A stretch of DNA of 64,000 bases from the NCBI GenBank assembly GCA_039028615.1, contig JBCCHT010000004.1, forward strand, positions 32,001 to 96,000. Reading direction: 5' to 3'. Under the pieces are notes generated by a model. The model searched no databases and was not told the DNA's origin. It saw only the letters and a list, made by a program, of their open reading frames with translations. Both the position numbers and the translations under genes were made by a program. This DNA is from Myxococcota bacterium. Its GTDB lineage: Bacteria; Myxococcota_A; Polyangia; Nannocystales; Nannocystaceae. Shown here piece by piece: positions 30,198 through 42,231 of the stretch (its first letter is position 1; each line of letters opens with the position of its first letter).

Positions 30198-31571
30198 ATG
30201 AACACCGCCTCCATCGCCGCCTCCTTTGCCGTCCTGGCCGGTCTGCTCACCAGCACCTCGGCCCTCGCTGCGACCTATCAGGTCACCACGACCGCCGACG
30301 ACCTGGATCCGGCGCTGTGTGACGACACCGCAGCGAGCCGATGCTCGCTTCGCACGGCCATCGATCTGGCCAACCAGACCGCCGAGCACGACGACATCAT
30401 CGTCCCGCCCGGCCTGTACGTCCTGGACAACGACGGCGAAGGCACCATCGAGATCCACACGCCGATGGCAATCATCGGGCAGGCCGCAGGCCGCACCGTC
30501 ATCGAGCCCAGCATGCCCCTGCAGGCAGGGTTTTTCATCAGCGGTGAAGAGACCGAGGTTCGCTTCGAGTCGCTCTCGTTCGAGGGAGGGTCGGAGCCCC
30601 AGCACGGATTGCTGCAAGCCTTCGGCGCAGGGAGCTTGTATCTGCTGGACGTCGACGTCCTCGACTTCGACTTCGACGAGACCCTGGTCGCCGCCCAAGG
30701 AACGAACCTGCAGCTGCACGGCGTGACGTTCGCGGGCAACACCACCGACGAGAGCGCCGAGCCCATGGTGTGGACCACGGGCCACCTGCTCGCCGAGCGG
30801 CTCGTCCTCGCCGATAACGTGATGGAAGGTGAAGGGTCTTCCGTCGTCGACGCCTCGGGCGGAATGGCCCGACTCCGACACATCGAGATCCGCGACAACT
30901 CGAGCGACAGCTTCATCGTGCAGCTCCGCTCCCACTTCCATGTCGAGGGGCTCTACTTCCACGACAACGCATCCGAAGACGGCGGCCTCGCCGTGGGCCA
31001 TTCGAACGGCGGGGTGATCGAGCAGTCGACCTTCGCCTCCAATACGGCGAAGGAAGGTGCTGCGCTCCTCGTCGTCGAACCCGAGGTCAACTACGTCACC
31101 ACCGAAGTCGAAAACAGCACGTTCTTCGGCAATGAAGGAGTCAGGGGCTCCGCGATTGCGGCCGCGGGCATGGTCCAAGGTCGTCACCTCACGATCGCCG
31201 ACAACGACAGCGAGTTCGGCGTCATCTATGGCATCGCCGGAGTCGCCACCAAGATCGAGCTGGAGGCGAGCGTGGTGGCAGGCAAGTCCGCAGCACCGGT
31301 TTGTGGCGGGGTGCCGCTCGGCTCCAACGGCTACAACCTGTTCGAGGACGCCAGCTGCCCCGCGTCTGCGCTCGACATCGTCGAGCAGCCGGCCGGGCTC
31401 GATGACCAGCTCACGTACGGCAACTTCACGCCTACCGTGCAGCCGCGTGGGAAGAGCCCTCTACTCGATGCCGTCCCGACGTCGGCGCTCCAGGCCGACC
31501 AACGCGGGCGGTCTCGCGTGGCGGGGGCGGCGGACATCGGCGCGGTGGAGTGCGGCGCTCACGGTTGCTGA
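30198..31571 (+). CDS. Secreted CSLREA-domain beta-helix protein with choice-of-anchor-Q-like C-terminus
   Basis: Signal peptide; VTTTADD...CSLRTAI; STF.xN repeats; GYNL, DQRG..R...ADIGAVE. Confidence 0.8.
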   Translation: MNTASIAASFAVLAGLLTSTSALAATYQVTTTADDLDPALCDDTAASRCSLRTAIDLANQTAEHDDIIVPPGLYVLDNDGEGTIEIHTPMAIIGQAAGRTVIEPSMPLQAGFFISGEETEVRFESLSFEGGSEPQHGLLQAFGAGSLYLLDVDVLDFDFDETLVAAQGTNLQLHGVTFAGNTTDESAEPMVWTTGHLLAERLVLADNVMEGEGSSVVDASGGMARLRHIEIRDNSSDSFIVQLRSHFHVEGLYFHDNASEDGGLAVGHSNGGVIEQSTFASNTAKEGAALLVVEPEVNYVTTEVENSTFFGNEGVRGSAIAAAGMVQGRHLTIADNDSEFGVIYGIAGVATKIELEASVVAGKSAAPVCGGVPLGSNGYNLFEDASCPASALDIVEQPAGLDDQLTYGNFTPTVQPRGKSPLLDAVPTSALQADQRGRSRVAGAADIGAVECGAHGC

Positions 31572-31690
31572 TGTCCGACTCGCCAGGCCGACCCGCTCGG
31601 TTCATACGGCCCGATACCCGCTGCGGTCTCGGGCCGTACTTCGTCGCCGCCCCCCACAAAATTCGCCCGAGCACCGTATAGTTCACCACG

Positions 31691-32500
31691 ATGGACGTCT
31701 CGTTCAGAACCGGCCGCCCCCTCGAGGGCGACCCGTGGTGCTGCGACGAGCATGACGACATCGAGTCTGCGCTCGATGCTCTCGACGCCCAGCTCGACGC
31801 CGACGACCTCGCCGCGCTGGTGTTCGCCCAGCCCTGCCCCGAGGGCCTGTCTCTACCCCGGCTGTGGCGAAGAGTTCTCGGCCACCTGACCCAGCGAGAC
31901 TTCGACCGCCCACTCGAGGTCTGGGCGCCATCGGCCACGGTCATCGACCACCTCGTTCGCTATCTCCCCGTCGACGCTCGACCCTTCACTCAGCATCAAC
32001 GCCCCGGTGGGCTCGTGCTCCACGCGACCGTGGGCGACCTCGCCAATGCCAACGCCGACGCGATCGTCAACGCGTCGAACACCCGCCTCGTCCTCGGCGG
32101 CGGCGTCTCGGGTGCGCTCGCCGAGCGATTCGGCGATGAGCTGCAGAGCGGGATGCGAGCCCACGGGACCATCGCGGACGGACAAACCGTCGTGACCTCC
32201 TGCCCGACCGGCAGCGGATGCAAGTACGTGCTGCATTGCGCGAGCGCGGAGGGGAGCGAGGCGACCATTCGGGCCTGCATCGACAGCGTGCTCGAGCGCG
32301 CCGTCCAACTCGAGTGTTCCACCGTCATCACGCCCGCGCTCGGCACGGGCACCGGTATGCTGCCCGTGTCGACCTTCGCCCGACTCGTGTGGAAGGCCAC
32401 CCGCTCGATCGAAGCCAGCCTTCGGTTGGAGACCTGGTGCTGGACCCAGAGCGACTTCAAAGAGCTACAGGCAACCTGGACGCAGCTCGACAATCCGTGA
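31691..32500 (+). CDS. Macro domain (ADP-ribose binding/processing) protein
   Basis: GDLANANADAIVNASN..L.LGGGVSGAL, YVLH, PALGTGTG. Confidence 0.85.
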   Translation: MDVSFRTGRPLEGDPWCCDEHDDIESALDALDAQLDADDLAALVFAQPCPEGLSLPRLWRRVLGHLTQRDFDRPLEVWAPSATVIDHLVRYLPVDARPFTQHQRPGGLVLHATVGDLANANADAIVNASNTRLVLGGGVSGALAERFGDELQSGMRAHGTIADGQTVVTSCPTGSGCKYVLHCASAEGSEATIRACIDSVLERAVQLECSTVITPALGTGTGMLPVSTFARLVWKATRSIEASLRLETWCWTQSDFKELQATWTQLDNP

Positions 32501-32618
32501 ATGCCGCAGTCACGCCACGACTTCTTGGTGCGCGCACTCGCAAGGTCATCCCCGACAAAGTGGGCGTGGGCCTCACGATGGCGTCGACAACCACGGGTGG
32601 CACACGCGATGATGGGGC

Positions 32619-34724
32619 ATGCCCATAGTCGTCGAACCCCGGTGGAAACATCGCTCCTGCCTGTTTGGCGCCATGCTCCTGGCCGGCTGCGTGATCACGG
32701 ACGGGCCCGGCAACGACACGGACGAGAGTGCGACGGGCGGTTCGGTGGGCGACGCCTCGGACACGGGCGGCACGGCGGCGGACGAGACGGGAGCCGATGG
32801 AACGGGCGGCGGCGGCGAGGTGGACCTGGGCGAGTGCGATCCGATGGGCGGCGTGATCACGGAGATGATGACGCCACTGCCCGCGTACTACGAGACCTAT
32901 TGTTTTCCCCAGGCCGACGACAGCGTAGCGTGCAGCGGAGCGATGGATGGCGACGCGACCATCGAGCACGTCGTGTTCGCGCAGACCCACGCGCTCGAGC
33001 CCGACTGGCCGTTCTTCTTCCTGATCTCCGACCGGCCGGCGCTGGTGCAGGTGCTGGCGACCGGCTCTGGCCCCTCCCCCCAGGTGCTCATCGCGGGCTG
33101 GATCGACGAGCAGTTCCTCGGCACGCGCTGCATGGCGGGGCCGGCCGCGCTTCCGAGCAGCGTCGACCCCGAGACACCGACCGCGAACGATCGCTTCTCG
33201 ATCACGCTGCCGCAGACCTGGCTGCAGCCGGGCTTGCGCCTGGAGGTCCGCGTCGGCTCGGCCACCCGGAGCTTCAGCGCCGATCAGCTGGGGATTCGAC
33301 ACTCGAGCGACTTCAACACGGCCATGGTCAACATGGACGTGCTCAACTACAACGACGGGATGCCGGACAAAGAGATGCCGGCGACGTTCATCCCCGAGTG
33401 GGCCGGGTCGTTGCCCGGCGCCAAGGTGCGCTTCGGGGTATTCCCCGATCGCATGGTGTTCCCGACCTTCGTCGTCGGCGGCCCCGAGGAGATCATCGTG
33501 CTCGACGACCGCCTGTGCCGCGGCGACGAAGACCCGGCCGTCGATGCGTGTGTGCTGCGCGACGACATCGACGATGGCTTCGTCAACGCAGCCGCCCTGC
33601 GCTACATCGACGCGCTCATCCGAGCGACCGGCGAGTTCCCCTACGCCTTCTACTTCGGCCACACCCAGCACCTGTTCCCGGGCGGGTGGGGAGGCGGAAA
33701 GAGCTGGGTCTCGGGCGACTATCACGACGTGACGCTCCACGAAGGCGGTCACGCGGCTTCGCTGCCCCACTGGGGCAACAACTACGGCATCGTCCCCGAC
33801 GAGTGGCAGTACCTGTATCCCTACGGTGGCGAGGGCGACTACGGCGGTGGCCATGGCGAGCGGTGGAACTACCACCAGAACATCCAGCAGTTCACCTCGC
33901 CTCGCTGTGAAATCCCCGACCACCAGTACTTCGGCACCGAGCGTTCCGACGCCATGCAGCGCGATCGGTTTTGCCTCGAGTGGAGCAACGGAGCCCAGAC
34001 GCTGTGGGATGGGTTCTCGGATTTCTCGGCCCTGGCGATGTACCGCTACCTCAACGGCGCCCACCAGATCGACGCGGGCGATGTGCCGTACCGAGACGGC
34101 ACCACCGCCTACCAGCTCACTGCACAAGGCGGCTTCCCGAGCCTCGAGCTCGACGCGTCGGACAACCCGGTGCTGCTCCGCTACGACGGCTTCGAGCCCC
34201 AGGGCTATGAGCAACGCCCCTTCTCGTACCCGCAGCAGTGGGACGTGCCCGTCCACACCGTCTACGGCAGCTTCGCCCCGGCCATGCCCGAGGCCAACAT
34301 CGTCTATGCGCCGATGAGCTACACGGGCACGCTGCCGCAGGTCGTCGACCCCACCGACTCGGAGACCTTCGATCAGCTGCAAGACGACGGCGACGGCCTC
34401 TACGACGGAGACTTCTACTGGCCGCACGACATCACGTTCCGCGTCGTCTACACCGATGGCAACGACCAGATCGCGGTCCATCCCCACTCCGACACCTACC
34501 GAGAGATGGAGCCGGGCTCGGGTCCGTGGCGCCGCGACATCATGTACATGGCGCTGTCGGTCCCCGGTGACCGAGAGGTGTCGCGCATCGAGATGTATCA
34601 CCGCCCCTTCGTGGTCCGCGGTGCGAACGACGAGACCGAGGGCAACATCGCCAACCCGATGTTCGGGATCACGGCGGACAACTTCCTCGACGATGCGACG
34701 CTCGTTGCGAGCATCGACCTATAA
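32619..34724 (+). CDS. Peptidase M66-like (dictomallein/StcE-related) metalloprotease lipoprotein
   Basis: Lipobox LAGC; FAQTH motif; GWGGG followed by LHEGGHAASLPHW (HExxHxxxxxH) and a DAM Met-turn-like motif. Confidence 0.7.
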   Translation: MPIVVEPRWKHRSCLFGAMLLAGCVITDGPGNDTDESATGGSVGDASDTGGTAADETGADGTGGGGEVDLGECDPMGGVITEMMTPLPAYYETYCFPQADDSVACSGAMDGDATIEHVVFAQTHALEPDWPFFFLISDRPALVQVLATGSGPSPQVLIAGWIDEQFLGTRCMAGPAALPSSVDPETPTANDRFSITLPQTWLQPGLRLEVRVGSATRSFSADQLGIRHSSDFNTAMVNMDVLNYNDGMPDKEMPATFIPEWAGSLPGAKVRFGVFPDRMVFPTFVVGGPEEIIVLDDRLCRGDEDPAVDACVLRDDIDDGFVNAAALRYIDALIRATGEFPYAFYFGHTQHLFPGGWGGGKSWVSGDYHDVTLHEGGHAASLPHWGNNYGIVPDEWQYLYPYGGEGDYGGGHGERWNYHQNIQQFTSPRCEIPDHQYFGTERSDAMQRDRFCLEWSNGAQTLWDGFSDFSALAMYRYLNGAHQIDAGDVPYRDGTTAYQLTAQGGFPSLELDASDNPVLLRYDGFEPQGYEQRPFSYPQQWDVPVHTVYGSFAPAMPEANIVYAPMSYTGTLPQVVDPTDSETFDQLQDDGDGLYDGDFYWPHDITFRVVYTDGNDQIAVHPHSDTYREMEPGSGPWRRDIMYMALSVPGDREVSRIEMYHRPFVVRGANDETEGNIANPMFGITADNFLDDATLVASIDL

Positions 34725-34748
34725 GCAGAATGCGAAGAAGGGCGAGCC

Positions 34749-35915
34749 TCAGCCGCTCGCCCGCAGCTCCTCGGCGATCTCGATGCCCGGCCGCCATGCC
34801 TTGACCATGCCGGCCAGGGTCATCTTGCTGGGGATGCTGCGAATGGCGAGGTTGCGTAGGGCGCAACGAACCGGGCCCTGCCAGTGTGCGACCTGGCCGA
34901 TGCGCCACGACTGCGCGTGAATGGATCGGATTCGGGATCGCCGTCGATGGGCGAGATGCTCGGGCCACGCCTCGGGCGGATGCTCCCCCGCCACGATCCC
35001 CAGCACGGCTGCATCCTCGATGCCCATCGCCGCCCCTTGGCCCATGTTCGGGGTCATGGCGTGGCCGGCATCGCCGATCAGCGTGACCCGACCGCGACCG
35101 AAGTCGATCTGCTCGTGGTCGACCAAGTCGCCGTGGTGAATCTTCGCCTCGGGATGCGCATCGAGCCAATCCAGGAGACCGGGCAGGCGCTCATCGACCT
35201 CCACGAAGTGCTCACGCAGATAGGCCGACGTACGGGTGCTCGCATCCACCGTGCCCTCCGGACGTGAGTGCACGATGTAGATGTAGATGCCCCCCCGCGA
35301 AAGCGGCACCAGTCCGATGCGATGACCCGGGCTCCAGCGTTCGATGGTGGTGGTGGGTGCCAGCTCCGGCGATTCGACCACGAAACGCCAGCAGGACTGC
35401 CCCGCGTAGCGCATCGCGGATGCCTTCTCGCCGAGCAGCTCACGTCGCACCAGCGATCGAAACCCGTCCGCGCCGACGACCGAGGACCAGGTCGAGACCT
35501 CGCCGTCCTCGAACCGCACCTCGATGCCCTCGTCGTTCTCGCTCATGCCGACGACCGTCTTGCCCAGCTCCACCTCGCCCGCCGCCCCGAGCAATGCGCG
35601 ATGCAGGTCGGTGCGGCGGATGTTGATCGACGGGTGGGTGTTGTCTGGCAGCTCGACCACGCCCGCGATGAGCGGCCGCCCCTTGGCGTCGAGCATCGCG
35701 ACTTCTCCGATCGAGCACACGTCGTCCTCGGGCAGCGCGACCCCGAGCGCATCCAGCACGGCATGCGCATTCGGCTGAATGGTGATCCCCGCGCCCGCCT
35801 CCGAGAACGTCGTCGTGCGCTCGACCACCCGACAACGACGCCCCGCTCGGCGCAATGCCACCGCGCAGGTCAAGCCTGCGATTCCGCCACCCACGATCAA
35901 GGTCTCGTCATTCAT
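34749..35915 (-). CDS. FAD-dependent monooxygenase (class A flavoprotein hydroxylase/epoxidase family)
   Basis: GGGIAG, VVGADG, LIGDAGHAMTPNMGQGAAMGIEDA; start overlaps the TetR stop. Confidence 0.9.
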   Translation of the reverse strand: MNDETLIVGGGIAGLTCAVALRRAGRRCRVVERTTTFSEAGAGITIQPNAHAVLDALGVALPEDDVCSIGEVAMLDAKGRPLIAGVVELPDNTHPSINIRRTDLHRALLGAAGEVELGKTVVGMSENDEGIEVRFEDGEVSTWSSVVGADGFRSLVRRELLGEKASAMRYAGQSCWRFVVESPELAPTTTIERWSPGHRIGLVPLSRGGIYIYIVHSRPEGTVDASTRTSAYLREHFVEVDERLPGLLDWLDAHPEAKIHHGDLVDHEQIDFGRGRVTLIGDAGHAMTPNMGQGAAMGIEDAAVLGIVAGEHPPEAWPEHLAHRRRSRIRSIHAQSWRIGQVAHWQGPVRCALRNLAIRSIPSKMTLAGMVKAWRPGIEIAEELRASG

Positions 35916-36546
35916 GCGGTGCCTCCCAACCCAATCCGCGCAGCTGCAACCACAGCATCGGTCGCAGCGCTTCGGTCCATGCTCTCGCCGCGGCCTCCGG
36001 TGACACGAACTCGCCGAAGTGCCCTCCGAGGCCACCGATGAGCACCGCGATGTACAGCGCAAAGAAGCCGCGCGCCGCCACCATGCCCTCGCCCGGAAGC
36101 TCTCGTATCTCGCCCCGCTCGAGCGCCTGGACGAACCGCCTCGCCACCCGCGTCAGGAATGGATCGAGCTGCTCGTCGGGCGGGTCCTGTTCGCGCAAGA
36201 ACAACGACTCGCGGAACATCACCCGGGACAGCGCGGGGTGCCGCGCGTACGCGGCGTACAACACCCGCAAGCAGTGCTCGAGCTCGTCCGCGAGCGACCA
36301 CTCTTCGTCGATGGACTCCCAGATTCGATGTTGCGCCGCCTCGATCTCGCCGTAGAAACACGCGAAGAGCAGCGCCCGCTTGTCGGCGAAATGAACGATG
36401 ACCGAGGCCGCCGAGACCCCGGCCTCCGCAGCCACGCCACGGATGGTGGTGGCCTCGTAGCCGTCGCGCACGAAGCAAGCCTGGGCCGCGGACAGGATGG
36501 CCGCCCGCGTGTGGGCCCGGCGCTCGGCCTGAGTCGGCGGACTCAT
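35908..36546 (-). CDS. TetR/AcrR family transcriptional regulator
   Basis: TRAAILSAA..CF...GYEATTIRGVAAEAGVSAASVIVHFADKRALL HTH. Confidence 0.92.
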   Translation of the reverse strand: MSPPTQAERRAHTRAAILSAAQACFVRDGYEATTIRGVAAEAGVSAASVIVHFADKRALLFACFYGEIEAAQHRIWESIDEEWSLADELEHCLRVLYAAYARHPALSRVMFRESLFLREQDPPDEQLDPFLTRVARRFVQALERGEIRELPGEGMVAARGFFALYIAVLIGGLGGHFGEFVSPEAAARAWTEALRPMLWLQLRGLGWEAPHE

Positions 36547-36672
36547 CCCCCACCTTCATGCCCGGCGACGGCCGTGGGCCCCGTGCGACGAGCGAGACCC
36601 AGTTGTCCGCCATTGGACCGTACGGGCCCGTTCACGGCATTTTTCTCAAAGTGCCTCACGGAGTTCCTTATT

Positions 36673-36700
36673 ACTGTACATGTTTAATAAACATGTACAA
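36673..36700 (-). promoter_or_regulatory. Putative promoter and TetR operator
   Basis: Perfect inverted repeat TGTACATGTTTA-A-TAAACATGTACA (36675-36699) overlapping a minus-strand TTGTAC-N16-TACAGT. Confidence 0.75.
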
Positions 36701-36748
36701 GAACTTTTCACACCGCCTCTCCCAGCGACGCCGACCAGGCGCCGCCGC

Positions 36749-39480
36749 TCAGTGACGGAACAAGCTTCGCAACGCTTCGTGAACGGACCGATCGAGTTCC
36801 ACCGAACTCATCGCCGACGCGATCAACGCCGTGACCAGGCTCGACGGGCGTGAATCGCCGCGAGCGACATCCTTGGCCTCGAATGCGGCATCGATGGCCG
36901 CGTCGACTCGGAGGATGTCCAGCACATGCGGCAGCCCTCGCGAGAAGAGCTCGTCATCGAGTTCCTTGAGCAGCTCCGCGTCGGGAAGTTCGTTGTCCTC
37001 GGGGTTCTGCACTCGTGGCCCCGAGCCTTCGGCCGCCCCCCCGAACGACTTCGCGTAGTCGTCGACGATGGCCTGCGTTGCATGGCGACCGGACTCGCAC
37101 GCGGCCTCCATCGTATTGAGGCGCGTCCATGTCTTCATGTACGTGCCACAAAACACCACCCCACCGGGCTCCACGGAGTACGCTCCCGGGGTCCCGGGCC
37201 AGTGCGGGTAGTGCCCGGCCAGGTTGACGAGGTACGGAGAACGGTTGCGAGACGGCGTCTTCGTCTCCGGATCGAACTCGATCTCTTCGTCGAGGTGCCA
37301 CGCCAAGGGGCGCGGTGGTTTCTGGCCGCCCTTCTGAGCCGGATAGCCGCGTTCGATCTGATGCCAGACCTGCGCCGCGATTTCCTCCGCCGTGCAGTCC
37401 CACGCCTTCTTGCCCGCCGCGGGCCCGTCCTTGGCGGGAGTGCGCCAGTCACCGATCACCACCGACAGCACGCCGCGAATCCGCTCGTCACCGCGAAAGC
37501 GTCGCTTCCAGAACTGCCGCTGGGAGATGAGCGACAGGCCCCACTCGGACTCCGCGATGTAGGTGTGCGCCCGCAGGATGCTGTAGTCCTGCTCGAGGTA
37601 GTACTGGATCCCGCTGAAGTGCCGCAGCGGGGACTTCGGCTCGTCGGGAGGGAGCGTAGGGTCGGCGCCGGCGGGGCTCATCAAGTTCGCGACGGCGGCG
37701 AGGGTCTCGCTGGGGGTGAAGGACTCGCTCGACTCGAGCAGGTTGGCTGCCAGGTCACGAGCGACCTTCGGCGGCACCGCTAGCACGACATAGGCGTCAT
37801 CGACCTCGAGATCTTGACGCCGCGTTGGACCGAATCGCTCCCAACCCGAGGCGGCCATCCGGCCCGATTCTCCATCCCACCGTAGAGCCGTGCAGGCCCC
37901 TTTTTTGAAACGAACGCCCAGCAACTCCAGGTACTCGCGCCAGGGCTCGAGAAACCCCACCGTCGTGGGAGCGTTGAGTGTTCGGTCCACCCCATCGTCC
38001 GCGACTCGCAGCTGATCGAGGAGCATCTGAGCCGTGATGGTCCCAAAGGTGCGGGCGTCGATTTCGTGAGCATCCAGCCCGATCAACGCGCGCGGCCAGT
38101 AGGTCATCGCCCGGCGAAACGCGTCGGAGTAGCGCCCCTGCTCTTCCGCTCTCTCATCGGTGTATCCGGTCGCTCGTGCTGGACTCTGTTGCACCTGCTG
38201 CACCGGCGAATGCCCATCCGAGGTCGAGGGGGGTCGCAAACCGATGTATTCGGCCCAGGTTTGATGTTCGAGGGTCGCTCTGCGTTTGGGCCCCGTGAGT
38301 AGGTAGCGGAGCATGGACGTCTGCATGAGCGCGATGTCTCGGCTCGAAAACCCCATCGATGCCTGAAGAGCATCGAGCACTCCGATGAGTTCATGCAGCG
38401 ACGTGGCCTTGAGTCGTCGAACCGCGATCGGCTCCTGGCCGTCACGAGCCGCGATTCCCGTCACGTGGACCGGCATGAGGTTGTCCGCGACCGTTCGATT
38501 CGTTTCCTCGATGATCTCGGCGGGTGCGAGCGGCCCTCGTACGTGGCGAGCGAACGGAACCTCGGCGTCCACCAGAGGTCGACGAGTCAGGATCGGAATC
38601 CGGCGCATCGTGTCGATCAGGTGGGAGTAAAATCGTGGGTAGAAGCGATACCCGTGCTCACCTGGCACGAGGATCTCGTCCAGGCTCACGTGAATCGTGG
38701 AGTGGTCCGGGTGCGCTTTGAGGGGGCTGATGTTTCGCTCAACGAGCTCTAGAGCCCGCGGCACCAAAGCAAGGACCGGCACTCCGTCCCACATGATGAC
38801 AGGAGCGTGCACGCCGAGGACTTGCACGCGTCCCGGTTCTGCCAGTTCAAGAACCCTTCGTGCGACGATCAGGTTCGCGAACATGCCGTCGGACTCGGCC
38901 GTACTGGCAGCGTCGTGTCCCTCTTCCGAAAACTCTACCGATGGGTCCTCGGCCTCCGCGAAGTGCTCAATAACCCATCGGGGAGGAATGACGGTGACAT
39001 CGACCAGTTCGATGAATGGGGGCCGAATCCGCTCTCGCACCGCGTCCAGGTGGTCGAGAACGGCCTGCGCCAGAGGATCGAAGGCCCGGCTGACTTCCTC
39101 GGGAAGGCCGCCCTCCGACTCCTCGCGCTCCAGCTCCCAATCCGGCTCCCGCTCGATGGATTCGTGGAACCACTCGACGCGTGTGGCTGGCAAGAAGTCG
39201 AGCGAAGAGGACGGCTCGGACAATAGATCATCGAGTCCCGCGTGGTTGCGGAATCCTTGTTCGAACCGTCGGTTGGGGCTGATGATCTCGACTCCCGTGG
39301 CCGTGCGACGAAGCTGCCCCGCCGGCACGCGGCGCCACTGCGTACGCGCCATCCCGCCGATCTCCCCGGGCTCATAGACCGTCACCTCGAACCCGCGCTC
39401 CGCGAGTTCATGAGCCGCCGTCAGCCCTGCGATTCCCGCTCCAAAAATCGTGACCTTGTTTGCGTCGCGCCACTCGTCGG

Positions 39481-39484
<4 letters not shown>
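36749..39484 (-). CDS. Large FAD-dependent oxidoreductase (flavin amine oxidase / carotenoid desaturase-like), paralog A
   Basis: VTIFGAGIAGLTAAHELAERG, GGMART, PGEHGYRFYP.FY, C-terminal NTMEAACESGRHA; ATGA-coupled to the sigma-54 activator. Confidence 0.85.
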
Positions 39485-41022
<1,538 letters not shown>

Positions 41023-41076
41023 CGCTTCGCGGATGATATCCCAAGCGCTCTCGAGTCGCGCTACGGCAACCGCTGA

Positions 41077-42123
41077 CTACCGCACCCGCTCGACCACGTA
41101 GTCCACCAACTTCTCGAGCAGCTCGGTGTGCACGGAAGGGCGCAGGTCGGCCGACAGCCCTCGGAACAGCTCGGCTGCCGCCGCCGCATGCTCGTGAGCA
41201 ACACTCCCGGCATATTCCGCGCTGCGCGCACGAACGATGAGCTCGCGGAGAAACTCGACGTCCTCGGTGTTCTTCAATCCCTTGCCCTGCCGAGGCCGCT
41301 CGAGGATCTCCAATGCCCGGCGTCGCTGCTCGGCGGAGCACGACCGTAACGCATGCAGGAGCAACAGCGTTCGCTTGCCCTCCCATAGGTCGCCGCAGAT
41401 CTCTTTGCCGTAGACGGCTTCGTCGCCCGTCACGTTGAGAACGTCGTCCTGGATCTGAAACGCCACCCCCAGGTGGTGCCCGAGCGTCTCGATCCGCGAG
41501 ATGCCGACATCGTGCCCGCCTGCAACGATCGCTCCGGTCGCCATCGGCGTGACGAACGTGTACCGAGCCGTCTTCTTGGCGACCATGTCCACGTAGTCGT
41601 CATCGGTCATGTCCCACGACCCCTGACGGATCCACTCCAGCTCGATCGCCTGCCCCTCGCTCGAGATGCGAGCCATGTCCGAGACCTGCTGCATGACATG
41701 AAGGGAAGGCCCCATACCGATGAGCTTCATGTTGTCCAGCAGGGGCTGGAGCGTGAGGGCGAGCATGGCGTCCCCCACATTGATCGCGATCGGCTCCCCA
41801 TAGAGTCGGTGCAGGGTCGACTTCCCGCGCCGTTGCTCCGAGCCGTCTTCGACGTCGTCGTGAATGAGAAACGCGTTGTGATAGAGTTCCAGTACGGCGG
41901 CGGTGGGAAGCACCGCCTCGAGGCTGCCGCCCAAGGCACGGCACGTGGCCACGCACAGCGCCGGGCGTAGCCCCTTCCCCTCGCGCAGGGGATAGTCGAG
42001 CATCCGGTCGTAGAGCACCTGCGAGTGCAGGGTGTCGCGGGGGATCATCCGCCGCATCTCCTGCTCGACCAACGCCCGACATTCCTCGAGGTACTGCTCG
42101 AGTTCGGCCGTCGTCGAGCTCAT
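41077..42123 (-). CDS. Polyprenyl diphosphate synthase (GGPP-synthase-like trans-prenyltransferase)
   Basis: GKGLRP, HNAFLIHDDVEDGSEQRRG (FARM), GQAIE, KKTA, FQIQDDVLN (SARM), GDLWEGKRT. Confidence 0.93.
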   Translation of the reverse strand: MSSTTAELEQYLEECRALVEQEMRRMIPRDTLHSQVLYDRMLDYPLREGKGLRPALCVATCRALGGSLEAVLPTAAVLELYHNAFLIHDDVEDGSEQRRGKSTLHRLYGEPIAINVGDAMLALTLQPLLDNMKLIGMGPSLHVMQQVSDMARISSEGQAIELEWIRQGSWDMTDDDYVDMVAKKTARYTFVTPMATGAIVAGGHDVGISRIETLGHHLGVAFQIQDDVLNVTGDEAVYGKEICGDLWEGKRTLLLLHALRSCSAEQRRRALEILERPRQGKGLKNTEDVEFLRELIVRARSAEYAGSVAHEHAAAAAELFRGLSADLRPSVHTELLEKLVDYVVERVR

Positions 42124-42231
42124 CGCCTTGCCGTGTTACCACCGACGGCTCTCGGCCAGCAACGGAGGAACCGCGAGCGGTGCCGCGTCAGTGGGCGGAT
42201 CCGTGATATTCAACATGGCAGAGAGTCTCCG

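Noticed and set aside
22050..32500. tRNA-anchored integrative element
   Set aside because: No integrase or transposase, and I found no second copy of the tRNA 3' end in the window.
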